NCBI GenBank assembly: GCA_010405405.1
Contig: MU004240.1
Location: 634,316-698,315 of the forward strand
Reading direction: 5' to 3'
DNA length: 64,000 nt
Source of the DNA: Microthyrium microscopicum
Taxonomy: Eukaryota
Shown here piece by piece: positions 63,098-64,000 of this stretch. Position 1 is the first letter of the stretch, and each line of letters opens with the position of its first letter. A program made the translations under genes and the position numbers. The notes beneath the pieces are model-generated. The model worked only from the letters and a program-made list of their open reading frames with translations, ran no database searches and had not been told where the DNA came from.

Positions 63098-64000
63098 CTA
63101 TTGAACCTTTGCAGAACAATCTTGCATCTGCAGTTTCCTTTCCGCTTCCTGTCGCCATTCGACCCAGATCTCCATGGCAGCAAGCTCAATGATGTCCTTC
63201 TCAGCCTGAGGCCAGGTAACCTGTTTAACAGGTTTAGGTCGGGTGCGTAGAGATTTGAAAATATCTCTCGGGGGTGTAGGCTGTTCAGGGAACCTGCCTC
63301 TCAATCCAGGCACAAAGTCCATAATCTCCTCACGTACTGGGAACTCTGCAGATTCAACAATCGTTCGAGCGAACCAGGTCTTATCCCATTGGTATGGCTC
63401 AAATAGAAACTCTCCCGACACTATATGAGTCTTGACATATGCAACAAACAGCCACCAATCTGGGTGTTGTTCAATCTTCTTAGTTTTGTAAGTAAGGTTC
63501 CATTTGTGCTCTTTGATGTACTCTCGGTTATTAAACATTTGTTGGAGCTCACGATCTCTTGATTTTTTTGAGTAGAAAAAGTAATCAGGGGCGCATAATG
63601 GTGCCCTTTGAGTCCGAAATGACGCCCGAATAATTTATTGAAACAGAATTTGGTCATAGACATTATCCAAAGTTATGTTGAAATGAGGAAAGGGTTGGAT
63701 CGGCCAGCGATGTCGCCATGGGTATCCACTAAACTCTGGAAAGCTCATTACGGATGGTAGTTGATGAAGAAGCGGATAGCTATGATGAAGTCGAATAAGC
63801 TGAACTAGATCGTCGAAGGAATACGGCTTGTTAGCCCAAATGGCTACTCCCTCTAGAAAATTGCCTGTTCGGTTCGGATATACTACTAGCTGGAATTTGT
63901 TTGTAGCTCGACCATCCTGCACCAGCTGAGAGCCATGGACTCTGGTTTCCCAGTTATGTTGCTCTTTCTTGATAGATGGTAATTCTTCTTTGTGTGAAGC
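63098..64000 (-). pseudogene. Uncharacterised reading frame entering from the window edge, broken by one in-frame TAA (63635-63637)
   Basis: The frame is open 64000-63638 and again 63634-63098 in the same phase, with no convincing splice sites around the stop. Confidence 0.4.

Overview
Gene-dense, intron-rich genomic DNA from a filamentous ascomycete fungus (Pezizomycotina; short GT-AG introns with CTRAY branch points). I can support about 25 protein genes, mostly housekeeping: SMC3 (partial), dynein light intermediate chain, IST3/RBMX2, ATG15, a VPS9 GEF, pantothenate kinase, a telobox Myb protein, an RNPS1-like protein, NCB2, DID2, an AFG1-family ATPase, RPL31, SDRs and a DNA glycosylase. 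Accessory genes include a PTH11-like receptor, a carboxylesterase, a GH128, a HET protein and a tandem pair of unknown paralogs. The best signal missed by the ORF track is an apparently non-coding, spliced host transcript (minus strand, ~35090-35930) with one box C/D snoRNA in each of three introns, whose guides match rRNA as I recall it. Also notable: a PTH11-like/MFS sugar transporter fusion whose junction lies within one exon, a ~173-bp tandem duplication with a conserved hairpin upstream of pantothenate kinase, three clustered perfect palindromes, a multiply disabled pseudogene with extreme C-to-G strand skew, and a GC-AG intron. All calls come from reading the sequence and recalling motifs; no searches were run, and exon boundaries are hand-derived.
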